Assembly: GCA_013265495.1 (NCBI GenBank)
Contig: MU058836.1
Coordinates: 124,001 to 188,000 of the forward strand
DNA from: Vicugna vicugna
Lineage: Eukaryota
DNA: 64,000 nucleotides
Direction of reading: 5' to 3'
The position numbers and the translations under genes were made by a program. This document shows, in pieces, positions 23,121 through 35,890 of the stretch (position 1 is its first letter; each line of letters begins with the position of its first letter). The notes under the pieces are model-generated. The model made no database searches. It saw only the letters and a list, made by a program, of their open reading frames with translations, and was not told where the DNA came from.

Positions 23121-24060
23121 ATTTTCACATGCTCCTTTCCACATTAAATATTAAACATTCAGGGATAAAAGGGCAAGGCTTTGTAACAGATGTAGCACAA
23201 AAGGAAATCTGGGAACAAGCAAAAAGATACAGATCCCCCAGCTACCTGAAAATAAGACCTTCCTATGAACCCATTCCTAAGCTGAAATGGCGTAAAGAAG
23301 CAATCAGCTTGGGACACACCTTGCTAACGGATGTACCAAATAAATCCACGTGAAGCACAGGAGATCACGCAGTTCAAAGCTATGGTGGCTCGATGTTGAG
23401 ACGCTAAGTGCAGTTCCCGGGGAGAGCGCTTGGCGGCGCCACCCCCAATGCTCGGATGTGAGACGCCTCTGTAAACGCTCACTGCAAAAGAAACTCTGAA
23501 CGCAATGTTCAGCCTTTGCCCTTTCCCAAAAATCCCCTTTGGATTTCTTTTGGTTTAGCGAAAATAGGTACTAATGTCGGTCTTCAGTAAAAATGAAGTG
23601 GTATAAAGTGAACTTTCAAAAAGCAAAGAATACCTGTAGTTAGAAGGCTTTTTTCCCAATTAAATGTGGGGTCCTAGTGGAGAACTTGAACGGTGATGGT
23701 CACGGGAATTCTAGAGGTAAGATACAGTGAGTGAGGGCAAGAGGAGGAATCACTGAGGATTCTAAAATGTCAGGCTTAAGACAGGGAACAGCAGAGGAAC
23801 AGGAGAGGAGAATTTCAGAGGTCTAACGTGGGAGGTGCCAGTGGCACACCCTTCGGGGGACAGCCAATAGAAAGCTGGAACACAAGCACGGAGCTAGGAC
23901 GAGGTGCAGTCCCGAGCCCCAAGTACCTGTATGTGCAGAGGATGTTTGGGGGGCCATGTCAAGATCTGAGCCCACGGTGATTCCTACTATATAGAATGTG
24001 AAACTCGGACCTGCCTGCTACTTGTCAAGGCTGACCTTCGCGATGGTGAAATTAGAGTTC

Positions 24061-24706
24061 TGTCATAGTTATCTGTGGCTACATAACACCTTGCCCCAAA
24101 TTTTCACACCTTAAAACTACAGTTATTGGGAGGAGGGTGCAGCTCAGTGGTAGAGGGTGTGCTTCGTGTGCATGAGGTCCTGGGTTCAATCCCCAGTCCC
24201 TCCATTAAGATAGATAAATAAATAAAGAAGCCAAATTACTCCCCCCACCAAAAATAAAAGCCTACCATTATTATTTCACAGTTTCTGTGAGTCAAGAATC
24301 CAGGTTCAGCTTATCTAGGTGTCTTTGCCCCCAGGATCTCCCAAAATGCTACAGTCAAGCTGCAGTCATCTCAAGACTCATCTCAGGGAGGATCCGTTAG
24401 AGGCCACTCATATGGCAGTGGGCTGACCCGGGTCCTCGCTGGCCGTTTGCTGAAAACACTAGTTCCTTGCCACGCGGACCTCTCCTTTGAGTGGCTCACA
24501 ACATGGCAGCTGGTCTCCAAGAAAGAGGGGGGGGGAGATTGATCCAAGGGAGAAGCAGCCTTTTTATAACTTAATCTCAGAAGTGGCCACATCACTTCTA
24601 CTGCATTTATTTAGAAGCAAACCAAGTCTGACCCACATTCAAGGCGAGGAAAGTCCACCCAGGAGATGGGGATCACTGGGGGCCGTCTTGGAGGCTGCCC
24701 AACTCA
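24061..24706 (-). mobile_element. MaLR solo LTR (MLT1-type) with perfect 5-bp TSD
   Basis: TG...CA termini; AGTTC at 24056-24060 and 24707-24711; MLT1 motifs (atttcacagtttctgtgagtcaagaatcc, cacaacatggcagctgg, ttttataacttaatctcagaagtg). Confidence 0.9.
24128..24259 (+). mobile_element. tRNA-Ala-derived SINE (camelid vic-1-like), full length, nested in the MLT1 LTR
   Basis: A box (gcagctcagtgg), B box (ggttcaatcc), AT-rich middle, C-rich block and A tail; imperfect TSD aaaactacagttatt / aaaagcctaccattatt. Confidence 0.9.
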
Positions 24707-26154
24707 AGTTCTATGGGAATAAACTGGATTCAGTAGCACTACTGGTGTCTCTCACCACCATCTTTGCCGTGCTCACTCGCTACTTACTGTTAAGCAAAAC
24801 ACGGAGCTGGCTTTTGCAGAACCATAGAATGTCCGACCTTGAAGTTCCCTTCAAAGTTATCCAGCTCAAAGACTCTCGGTGCAGGGTGGCAAGCTGTTTC
24901 AATTCTCCTCTCTCACACCCAAGTCAGCGTAACTAATCATCCAGGTCCCCCCGCCCCATATCCATCCGAGACATCGCTCGTCATTCCCCGTCAAATTCCC
25001 CTCCACCAGGATCTGCCCTCAGAAGCCTTCTCACCAAAGCCCTCCAGTAAGATGTGTCAATCAGGGGAATGCATTTTCTGTCACTGGTCCAGCCCAATCC
25101 TCTCATTTCACAGAGGAAAATTGAATCTCAGAGAGGTGAAGTTTCCATTCTGATCTGATGCCAATGTCTCTTCTCTTCCCATTGCTCACTGTCCACTTTA
25201 CAGCCCCGCTCCCGGAAGGTTTATTGTACCATGCAGTATGCCTTCCAGTTTTAGCATTTGAGTGGTGGTACTGGGGGGAAAGTGTGTGTGTACATAGACC
25301 CCTGACATAATCTGTTCATTAGAAACAAGGCAGCAAGTCCAGCCCACACTCACGTTTATACATACATATGTATACTTACATGTGTGTGTTTATATTTTCC
25401 TTTTTCCATTCCCACCCAGTCTGGTCACCCTACATCAGAGTGGATGTTAACAAATTGTTCTCAGCATCCTGTAGAGGAATGTGCAGAGTGCCAAGAAAGA
25501 GCGTCTAAAATGTGAAGGACAAGGACCAAGACTGAAATTACTCATCATCACTATACCCCGTGCCCAGGAAAGGGCTTGGCACGTGATGTGTCATAGACAT
25601 CTGATATCTGAATATTTGGACGAATGCTTAAATGAATAAAATGCATTAGTCATTTGGACACAGCTTCCCTATTTTTGCCATTTATTTCTGTTATAGAAAT
25701 ACAATATTTCTCTTTGAATTGATTCACTTGCTAACCCTAAATAATTTTTTAAACAGAAATGGTGTAGTTTGCTATCACAAGTGGAAAAGGGGTTCCTCCT
25801 GAATCACAGATAAATAAATTCATAGCTACTAAAAAGCATCTAGAAATCATCTCGCAGACCACTAGCAGTGAGTGCCCTGCAATATACAAATGAATTGAAA
25901 TCCCGTAACACATGTTCACATTTGGGACTTCATAGATGGCTCAAGGGACCCTTTGGAGAGCCAGGGGCAGCGGCTGCCAGAAGGAGTCTTGCAGGAGTAA
26001 TTGGTCTCTCTCGCCCTGGGGAGAGATTATTGTAAAGTCTGTGAAATGTAAGTGGGATTGAAAGAGGCGTGGTCAAGGAGGCGGCAGATGAGAATCCATT
26101 AAAATACTCTTTGGGGAGGCTGTTCTCACTCCCCGCCAGCATGCTAGTCACTTT

Positions 26155-26730
26155 CACTCATTCACTCATTTATCCAACACAGTCTTGGTTACTGTCCTGT
26201 TCCCGGTCCTGAACTAGATTCTGCGGAGGCCAGAAAGAATAGACTCAGCTTCTTGCCTGTCAAGAGCTCACGATCTAGCAGGATAGTGAGAAGCGCAAAA
26301 TACAAACCAGCCCCCTGCATACACCGATAAACGCTCTAATCGGGTCAAGCGCACGATACTCAAGACCCCAGAGAAGCAAGTGCCTACAGAAGCCCTCACG
26401 GGATGCTCAGAAGAGGCAATGCCTGCTTCTTATCCCAAAGAACGGGACTGGAAGGGCGCTCGGAGCAGAAACGGCATGGGCAAGGCCCTGGAGAGGGGCA
26501 GGATGGTGAGCACACCACATGTGGCTGAAGTATGCAGAGCCGCTGGGCAGCAGCAGTGGGTCTATGAAAGGAAGTGGAAGAGGATGCGGCTAATGCTGGA
26601 GGCATGGGCTGGGAGGGCCTGGGGAGCCGGTTACAGACACCAGAATTTATTCTGTGGGCAATGGGGGCCACGGGAGAATTTTAGATGAATGGAATAGGCC
26701 GTCTTATATTTGAGAAGAGTCACTCTGATG
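26155..26730 (-). mobile_element. L2 LINE 3' fragment
   Basis: cactcattcactcatttatccaacac...cttgcctgtcaagagctcacgatctag (antisense L2 3' end). Confidence 0.65.
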
Positions 26731-27249
26731 TGAGTAATACACATAGGCAATACACACTCAGTTTTCTCATCTGTGCATTTGTTCCATAAGTCCCTTCAAA
26801 AGGATAGCAGGAGAATTGAATTAACACCTGGGTGAGGCACTTTGATCTCACAGAGAAAAGCCAAACACTTGTGTGTAATTAAAATATCACCCCCTACATT
26901 CCCATCCTCCTTTCTCTACCCTAGCTAGTCCTCTGGAGCCAACTGCTCCAGGAAGGAATACAGCCAAAGAATTCAGAAGCCATGTAATTCTGGTGGACAA
27001 ATTGTGTTGCAGTTTAAAACTAATCACAGTTGATTTGTATCCAAAAAGTTCAGAATACCATACACAGAGTAATAGCTCATCTAACTAAATTTAAAGGAAA
27101 GAGAATGGGTCAAGAGAGCTGGTCTCAACTGATCACTTTTCTTGGCTGCAGAATATGGAGATGGGCTTTGAAGATCTCTAAAACTCTCCTAACTCTGATA
27201 TTCTGTGCTTTTAAGGAGCTCCATACTTCTTCATATTTGGATGGAGAGC

Positions 27250-28920
27250 ATTCTGGGTACAGGGATTAAGAAGTGCAAAGGCCCTGGGGCAGTAATGAGG
27301 TGAGTGTGTTAAAGGAAAGCCAGAAAGCCAGCATTGATATAGCACAATTGATCAATGGAAAACATGGTAGAAAGAAAGATCAGAAAGGGGCGTGATGGCT
27401 AGATCAGATAATGCTTGGTAGGGTATTAAGTAGTCTGAATTTTATTGTCAGTGAAATGAAAAGTAGTTGAAGTAGTTTGGAACACAGTTGATTTTAAAAA
27501 GAACACTGGCTGCTGGGTAGAGAACAGGCCCGGGTAGAGGGAAGAGTGGAAGCAATGAGATCAGTTTGTAGGCTTTTGCAGCCCAAACAAGAGAGAACGG
27601 TGGCTTAGATTAGACTGGAGGGAACTAACAAGGTTAAGGTAAAGCTGGCAACATTCACTGATGTTTTGGATGTAGGAAATGAGGAGATTGTGTGAGATCA
27701 TCCAGAAGGAAACGCAGGTGGAGGAGGACAACAGAGGACCACACTACATCTTCGGATTGGAGATCAGAGCAGGGATGCAGAAGCCAGCAAAAATACTAGG
27801 AAGGGGTGTGCAGTGAAGGAGAAGAAAATCCAGAACACATTAGCCCAGAAATTGAGAGGACAAAGTGTTTGAAGAAGGCAGAAGTAAACCACTTTGTCAG
27901 AGCTCCTGCGAGTTTAAAAGCAGTGCTCAGAATCCCTCATTGAATTTGACGTGTCGTTCTCGGGTGACATTGACAAGTATGGTTTTTCAAAACTGCTTTT
28001 GAAGGACTGGGACCCAAAGCCTGATTAGCACAGGTTCAAAAGAGAATTAGAGGTGAGGAAGTGGAGAGAGCACATTTGGATTGACAGTTCTTCCCGGAAG
28101 TTTTTGCTTTAAAAGAGGAAGAACATATGGCATGTGGGTCAAAGGCGAGTTTTGTCCTCTTAAGACGGGCGATAGGAGAACCTGTTTGCCTGCTGATGGC
28201 AATGATCAGTCGTGAGGGGGACAAAAGATCACGAGGACAGAGGGAAGACAAGGGCAGGAACAATGTCTCAGAGATGGAAAGGGGTGGGTGAGGTCCAGTG
28301 CACAAGCAGAGGGGTTAGTCTTAGAAGCATGAACAGTTCTCACGAGTAAACACATAAATAGGAGGAAAGCAGAGCCTGCAAGTTAAGATGCAGATAGGTT
28401 GGTAAATTTGGTCAAGAGAGCAGGTGTATTTATCTTCAGATCATGACTATCTCTTCCACTGAATAAGAAGCAAAGTCTCCATCAGAAAGTAAGGAGAAGG
28501 AGGCCAGGATAGGAAATTTGAGAAATGAGAAGACTTGACCATGGATGTCTTGAAGAATGAAAGAGTGATGGACTAAACAAATGTGGCAAGGTTGCCAGGC
28601 AAGCTAGGGAGCCCACTTGAGGTTTGTGGTCACACATTTGAGGTGAGACCAGTCAGCACGGTTGAGTTTTTCTCCAACCCACCATCAGTGACTCTGGTGT
28701 ATGAACAAAGCGGGCAGAGTTGGGTTGAAGGGCTGTGTTCTGCTGGTGGAGAACGATGGAAGGAGCGAGGGGGCAGGAAGGTGAGAGTTTGCAAGAATGC
28801 GATTATCGCTGCAGGTTCTGGCATCTAGGCTGAGTGCAGAGTGAAAGGAGGGCACAAGGAAGATGGGGACGCTGAAAAAGAAGGGGGTAACTGGGTCCAG
28901 ACGTGGTCAGATAACAGATG
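27250..28920 (-). mobile_element. Large L2 LINE fragment
   Basis: Long purine-rich degenerate antisense L2 text (gtgcaaaggccctgggg, tggcttagattag, gacattgacaagtatggtttt, gacagttcttcccggaagtttttgcttt). Confidence 0.65.
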
Positions 28921-29589
28921 GAGTCAGCATTAGGAGAGTTCTGCCCTTCCTACTTTGACAGACTTGGGGACGTTTCTTACTTTCTCACTCTCCTTTTCCT
29001 CATTTGTGAAGCAGGGATAACAGCCTCTACCTCACAGTATTGTTACCATAACAATACGTTGTTAATTAGCTAATCTTCACAACGAGATAGAGTCCTGGTG
29101 CATGGTACTTGCTCAAAAATCTTCTTTTGAAGATTTCACCCTTTCTATAGCCAAGGGATTTATATGACTTTACCTCTAGCTACACCATGCCAAATACCTT
29201 CATTAACAAAGGGAAAATTCAGGCAATAATTAGATTGTTTCTGTACACAGTTTGGAAGATATCTGTATTATGCCAGTACTTATGAATTTATCTAACAGCT
29301 GGCATTGTGTAAACACATCCTAAATTATTAATTATGAATTACCACCTTTGTCTCTGAGGCTATGGAGGGGTGGGAGGGCTGGAAGTCGGAGATGGGGCCA
29401 TGCCCCTCAATTTGAGGGACATACCTAGGCTTTATTGAAAACAGTCCTTGTCTGTGTTTGAAGTGCAAATCTCACATCAGCAAGTTCTCCCTGACTTGCC
29501 TGGTGTACCAAGGAGGTAACTTACACTTCCTGATGTAGGTTCTAAGCCTTGTAGAGAAAACAGCGACACCATAATTGCAATTCGAAGAG

Positions 29590-30345
29590 TAATCAATACT
29601 GATACTGGTCCTGAATTCATCACTCCCTGCTCCGCCACCAAGTTCATAGCCTCGCTTATACTTCCTCTCTTGGCGAATGAACCCATTTCTTAGGCTAGAA
29701 AATCAAGAGCCACTGAACCCCATCTTTCCTCTCTCTCACCTTTCATCGGATTGATTGCTGATTTCAGTTATCCTCCCTAAGCTCCTACAGAGCCTTTAGA
29801 CCTGCCAACTCCATCCCCATGGCCACTACCTCAGCTCAACCTCATCTCTTGACTGTCTTCTTCATCAGCCTTCACTTATTTTCCTCTAATTTTTCTTCCT
29901 TCTGAGATAACTCCAGTAGTATTGGATCTTAATCATTTCATGTCACTGACCCTTGGAGAATAAAGCTATGGACACTCTCCTCAGAAAACAAACTCATACG
30001 TACATAAGACACAACTTTTCACCTGCAAGTTGAGGGTATTCATCCCGTCACATCTATGAAATTCTTGGGGTCACCAAGTGACAGACTTTAGCATCGTCAC
30101 TGTTCAAAGTGAGTTTTAGAAATGGCAGTGCTTACAGCATTCCCCTCCTAAATAACTCTGTGTGTAAGGACGTTGCCCAAGTCAAGACTCCTCAGTGTAG
30201 ACTCAATGCTCATCCAAATCTTGCCCCAGATTTTCCTTCCAGACCCAAAGTGTTGCACCGATAACTCAAATAAATCAAACTTAGAATCTTGTCCCATTTT
30301 TCATATCTCTGTATCCTAGGTGCCTAGCATGGTGCCTCATGATGA
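29590..30345 (+). mobile_element. L2 fragment with a nested hAT-Charlie MITE (~29913-30080)
   Basis: L2 3' end ctctgtatcctaggtgcctagcatggtgcct; insert containing agctatggacactctcctcagaaaa resembles MER112/MER117-type MITEs. Confidence 0.55.
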
Positions 30346-30694
30346 AAAGATACAGTAAGTGTTTCAGAGGGAAAGAAGGAAAGAAGGATGTATTTTTTGG
30401 TGTGTATGTGGTCTTGTTTTCCAGAAATATATTCAAAGGCAACTTTCCCAAGAAGAGCATGGGACATGGCAAACATCTTTGGCAAACACTAATAACAACT
30501 TTACAAATCCTACTAATCTTCTCCTCCGCCTGGCTCACCGGATCGATACTGGGATCTATTATTTTAGTGCATTTCCAACCTCTATTTCCCCAGGGACTCT
30601 ACAGTTCACTGCTGTTGGGGTTTTTGGGGGTTTTTTTTTTTTTAGCTTATTAAAGTCATACCACTGATTTCTCAGTCTAAAATGTCCTTAACAA

Positions 30695-30920
30695 CAAAGT
30701 GGTTGAGAGAACGGGTTCTGGAGTGAGAAAGTCCAAGATGTGAACTTTGGTTTAATTAGTGATTAGCTGCATGATGTAAGGAAAGATATTTAATCCCTCT
30801 AAGCCTGAATTTCCTCACCTGAAAAACAAGTATGATACTTGTACCTAGATAAATAAAATATTACTCTCAAGTTGTTTAACACATTACTTGGCACATAGTG
30901 GTTAATAAATGTTAGCTGTC
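30695..30920 (+). mobile_element. MIR SINE
   Basis: agtggttgagagaacgggttctggagt...tttcctcacctgaaaaa...cttggcacatagtggttaataaatgttagct. Confidence 0.8.
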
Positions 30921-32899
30921 TTATCCTGAGACTCAAACTGCATTCCAATGGCTGGACAGCTTAATGACCCCTGAAGAGGGGAAACACATGTTTATTGAGC
31001 ATTTACTATGGGCTAAGCTGTTTACAATCCACTCCCATTTAATCGTCACAGGAACTCCAGATTAGTTTATTAGTAACCCATTTGAAACATGAGTCTCCTG
31101 TGACCCACAAAATGTATGTCTTGCATGTAAATTTCAGAGACAGTGGCTGGCAGGGTTGGGACCAGCAACATCCCTGAGCTGGAATCTGAGCTCCGTGGAA
31201 GCCTTGAGCTGTCCTTCCTCCACACTGATTACAAGTAAACCTTAGCATTGTGGCTTTTGTTAGAGATACCACTTCTCTGTCGCTTATCCCGCTGCCAAGA
31301 TGGTGTTTCATATAACTGCTCAAACCAGGATTAGAGACTGAATGTCCCGACAGAGCCCACAAAAGCCTAAACAAAAGTACAGTTTGAAGACCCGTCTCTC
31401 CTTGGTACCCTGTAATTTTTCCGTTTCTAATAATCAATGTGGAAATGTTTCTAGAAAAATGTAAATATTGTGCTGAGTCCTGGACTAATGATTTGGCCTT
31501 AATTACATAGACTTACAGGGTTAGAAGGGACCTTAGCATCCTATCCAGAATCTCCTGAAATGATCGATGGCCAAACATTTGGAAAGCATTGGTTTTGCAG
31601 ATTTCATTTCTTAGAAGATAGAAGACGGCCATGGGGCGCTGACATCGTGAAATCATTTCTCACCAGAAAACAAGAATTGGTGGATAAAGCTGGAATAGCC
31701 AGGACCCTCAAAGGAAGGTTTCACCTCTCATAATCATCAAGGAAGACAAGGCTGGCCTCAACATATGGGAGGCAGACCCCAAGCATTCAGAACACAGGTC
31801 TGAAAGGAAAGAGGGTACAGGAACACAAGGGCAGCCTCAAACTTACTGTGATTTTTCAAAGATTTGTGATTCCAAGGTGGGTGACAAAGGAGAGGAAGCT
31901 GGGGGGAAACAGTGAGAATGCATGGAAAGCTGCCTAGCCTGCTCAGCTTTAACGATCGTGAAGGTGAGAGAGGAAGGACATGCAACCACAGGATCAAGTG
32001 GAAGAACGCAAGAGGGCTGCTGAGAGAATCAACAGAGCAAAGACCTAAGGGGATCACTCTTGCCTGGCTTATTTCTTCATCTCACTGTTTAGCAACACTG
32101 ATTGGGCATCTGGCCTTGCTAGGAACTGAACAAAGACTCTCCCTCAAGTTTGAGCTTGAGCGTGAGATGCTTTGGTTCTTTCTGACTCCTTCGGATCCAG
32201 CAGCCCCTGCTTATCGTCTTCAATTTTGAGTCAGGCATCTACGGTCTCCCTTCCTCTCTGATAGCAAGGCCACTTGAGTCGTGCTTTCCTGAATGAAGCA
32301 AATGTCTGTGCCAGTCAATGCACAATTGTCGTTTGTGACCTTCCTGAGGTTTCCTGTTTCCTCCTAATGCATTAGAAGGACAAATCAATAAAGCCTGTGT
32401 CCCAGGACCTTGGGTAAGTGCCACGTTCACGGTTACATCACTGCCCGGGGAGAGTGCGGAACACGGTGGGACGCTGAGCCCCAGGAGGAGTGGGGGGACT
32501 GGATCGGGCTCGTCACAGCCTCGCACAGGCAGGGAAGCTGCCCCAGGCTGCCTTGGAGGCACGAAGCCTCTGCACCACACGGTGATTTGTATGCAGAAGC
32601 AGCCCCCTCCCTTGGCACCGGGTAGATGGGGCCACAAGAGAGAATGAAGGAAGAAGGAAGGGGCTGTTGTCCTTGACAAGGACACGATTGATGTCTCTGC
32701 TTTCTCACCCTCTTTAAATTGAGATGGGGACAAGATTAAAAGTTCAGGCAGGAAGCCAACTGGTGGCTTACAACCCTGATCAACCAGCCTAGCTCATGGT
32801 GAAACCCATGGCCCGTCTCTCAAGAAATGAGCTGCCTGAACATTTCAGAGTTTCTCCATTCTTGCCAGAATTCAAGCATGAGGATCTTCTCATGGCAAC

Positions 32900-33140
32900 A
32901 ACATAATAGTAATAATAATAAATACTAGACCCCAGTTATTAAACACCATATGCAAAGTTCTCTATTTTATGTACATTATCTCTTCTCACTATGACAGTAT
33001 AGAGTGGGTATAATTATACCCATTTTATAGATGGAAAAACTTGAGACTTGAAGAAGTTAAGAAACTTAATTGAGATGACAGTTAGCAAGGAGCAGAATCT
33101 GGATTTGAACCCCGGTCTACCTGACTCCAAAACACCTGCT
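32900..33140 (-). mobile_element. MIR SINE
   Basis: cccattttatagatggaaaaacttgag...ggatttgaaccccggtctacctgactccaaa. Confidence 0.85.
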
Positions 33141-33623
33141 ACTCTATCCTATCACATTGGGTGATGTGTAATGACATAGTTGGGTTTTCTCAAGACACAG
33201 ACACAGTCGAAGTACAGTCTGAAGTGGGTGCAGCTACCTCTTTAGCTAAGAGTTCCCTGGGATGTATGAAACTGCACTGCCGCTCTGGTGGCCTGGGTGC
33301 CAAGGATGACGGAGTACATTCCCTCAGGGTTACGACGCTCCAGACTTCATCTGTGGGAGCCTTTTTAGCCCCCTGTTCTGCCTTTGGCTTGGCACGGAGT
33401 GGGACCTCTTGGAGTCACCGATGTTTTCACAAAAAGAGCAAAGCTAAAAATGGGGCAGGGGCTAGAATCAAGAAGGGATACTGACAAATGTGTCTGATGC
33501 CAACACCCACCTCTAGTCCAAGGAGGGAAAGTGAACTCAGGGTAAGCCAAGGTCAGGTATCTAAACCACACAACCAAGCGTCACATTCAGCAAGAGGGAG
33601 TGAATGTAATAAAAATAAGCTGT

Positions 33624-33984
33624 GGGCTCGGGGAGGTGGATCGCCAAGATGGCGGAGTAGAAGGACGCGGTGCTCACCTTTCCCCACGAACACAATAAAA
33701 ACTACATCTACATACAGAACAGTTGCACAAAACACCCACTGGACTTTGGCCGAACATATCTTACCATTGGAACTACAAGATAGACAACAAATTTCTTCTG
33801 GATAGCACAGAAAGCTATATTCAATATCCTGTAGTAACCTATAATGAAAAAGAACATGAAAGTGAATGTGCGTGCTGTACATGTACGACTGAAACATTGT
33901 GCTGCACACCAGACATTGACACAACATTGTAGGCTGACTGTACGTCAATAAAATAAAATGAATGAATGAATGAATGAATGAATG
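33624..33984 (+). mobile_element. Internally deleted L1: 5' UTR start (~155 bp) fused to L1 3' end (~175 bp) with (AATG)n tail
   Basis: GGGGAGG...CAAGATGGCGGAGTAG (YY1-site L1 5' terminus) at 33630-33660; from ~33781 colinear with the L1 3' UTR at 9055-9220 and 48485-48640. Confidence 0.8.
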
Positions 33985-35694
33985 AGTTGAAGGTAGATCT
34001 GAGATCAGAGTTGTCAAGATGAGACAGGTGGTGATGAGACAGGGTAAGGGAACTAGAATGTAGGCACCTAGAAACACAATAACTTACATGACTAGTTCAT
34101 GACCATACAGAGTGTCTCTTCAGAAGGTCCTACACGCAGCTCCGAAAGGAAACCTCAGCTCATCTTAAAGGTACAGTGCCTGAAACCTGATGCCTGAGAA
34201 TGCCACCTTCCCCTTCCTGGAAGGGCCGAGACTCGCTTGTAGGGGAGGCACACCCAGTTAACCCAGACGCTTAGGACACTGTAATGAAAGGTCAGGCATG
34301 CGGCTGATCCCCATGAGAGCCAGTTAGGTGAGCTCTGTCTCAATGTCGTATCTCTGCCTTCAGCCTCAGGCAGCTCTCTGGAGGAATAAATGCCATTAAT
34401 CAGCAGGGGCACCAGGCAAGTTCACGTGGACTGCGCAACAAAAACCCATTCTTCCTCCTGGAAGAGATCTCAGAAATCCTGGTGAATCAGCAGCATGCTC
34501 CTTTTATGAGAACAGCGCAGACTTCGGGGTTTTATCAAAGAGCGTAACCATCTCATTTCTCTCCAAAGAGATAGCAGACTTACGATATAATATGATTACT
34601 TAATTCATGTTTATTCAGTTCATAATATTCAATTAATTGAATTCAATGGTGGGTTGGTCTTGGTACTCCCCTAATTAAATAACTTCGAGCTGCTCTTACA
34701 CTCAAGTGCAAATAACTAGACTTAAACACAGGCAGATTATTCTACATTGCCTGATCAATCTCATTCCAGTTTTTTTTTTTAAAGCTCTAACTCTTTTCTG
34801 GGCTCACACAAAGCATGCTTTGGCAAAAGTGTGACCTCTGGGAGCCCACATGAACTTGCCTTCGTTTAACCTGGAGAGATTACATCTAGGGCCTTTTCAG
34901 TGTCACCATGTCTTCCTTCCTTCCATTTGCTCACCCCTGTCTAGTGAAGTGAGCTTCCTCTGGTATTTTATGATTTGAGTGGGTAACTCTTCTGATTCTG
35001 AACAAAGGACCATACTTCATTCTGACAATTTGTGCCCTCCAGGCTTTCCTCATGAGTGGTTCCTTCCCCACCCTCTTTGGAGAACGATGGCGAAAGCCTA
35101 TTTATTCAGTACCCCTCATGGGTGAAGGCTCTTCCAACCTATAAATAAAACACATTTAACTTTTACAGGGTTACTAATGCCACAGAGAGATAAACAAGTG
35201 TGCTGGCTGCCTGCTGGCTGCAGGGATCGGCCCAAGGATTTTTCACAAAATAGCCCAGGGCTCTTTAATGTATGAAGAGTCTTTTATTGTGATAAGAACT
35301 TAACCAAATAAAAACAATAATTCCCTCTTTGTTTTAGATCACCTTGCTGAAAATAAAGAAAGCTGAAGTTGGCCATACCCTAAGACTCTGATGGGTGAAG
35401 GATTTATGATCACTTACTGCATTTGAAATTGGGGGAAAACCTCCCGAGAATAAGGACTCTAGTGAAAGTTCTATTTGTGCCTTGAATGTCATTTTATTGA
35501 ACATTTACCACATCCTGACCAGTGTGTTTAAACTGTTACCCCAGAACATTTAAGGTGATAGAAGAATAAATAAAATACTGTCCCTATCTTTTAATATAAT
35601 TCATTAATGGAACCAATCATGGGTTTTTTTTTTTTAATCTTTCATAAAGGTCAAAATGTAATTATTACTTTTATCACATAGAGGATGGAAGGCA

Positions 35695-35890
35695 AGCAAG
35701 GTAGTGCGAAATGAGAAGGACATTTGGAATCAGTGGACCTGGGTTCAAATTTGTGCTCTGGTCCTCACTAGCTGAGCAACCTTTGGAAAGTTCTGCTGGG
35801 AAAAGAAGATGATAATAGCTACTATACAAGGTTGTAAAAAAAATACATGCCACGCATATTAACACCCAAGGGAGAGTACTCAGAAATGCA
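35695..35890 (+). mobile_element. MIR SINE (degenerate)
   Basis: ttggaatcagtggacctgggttcaaat...cactagctgagcaacctttgg. Confidence 0.7.
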
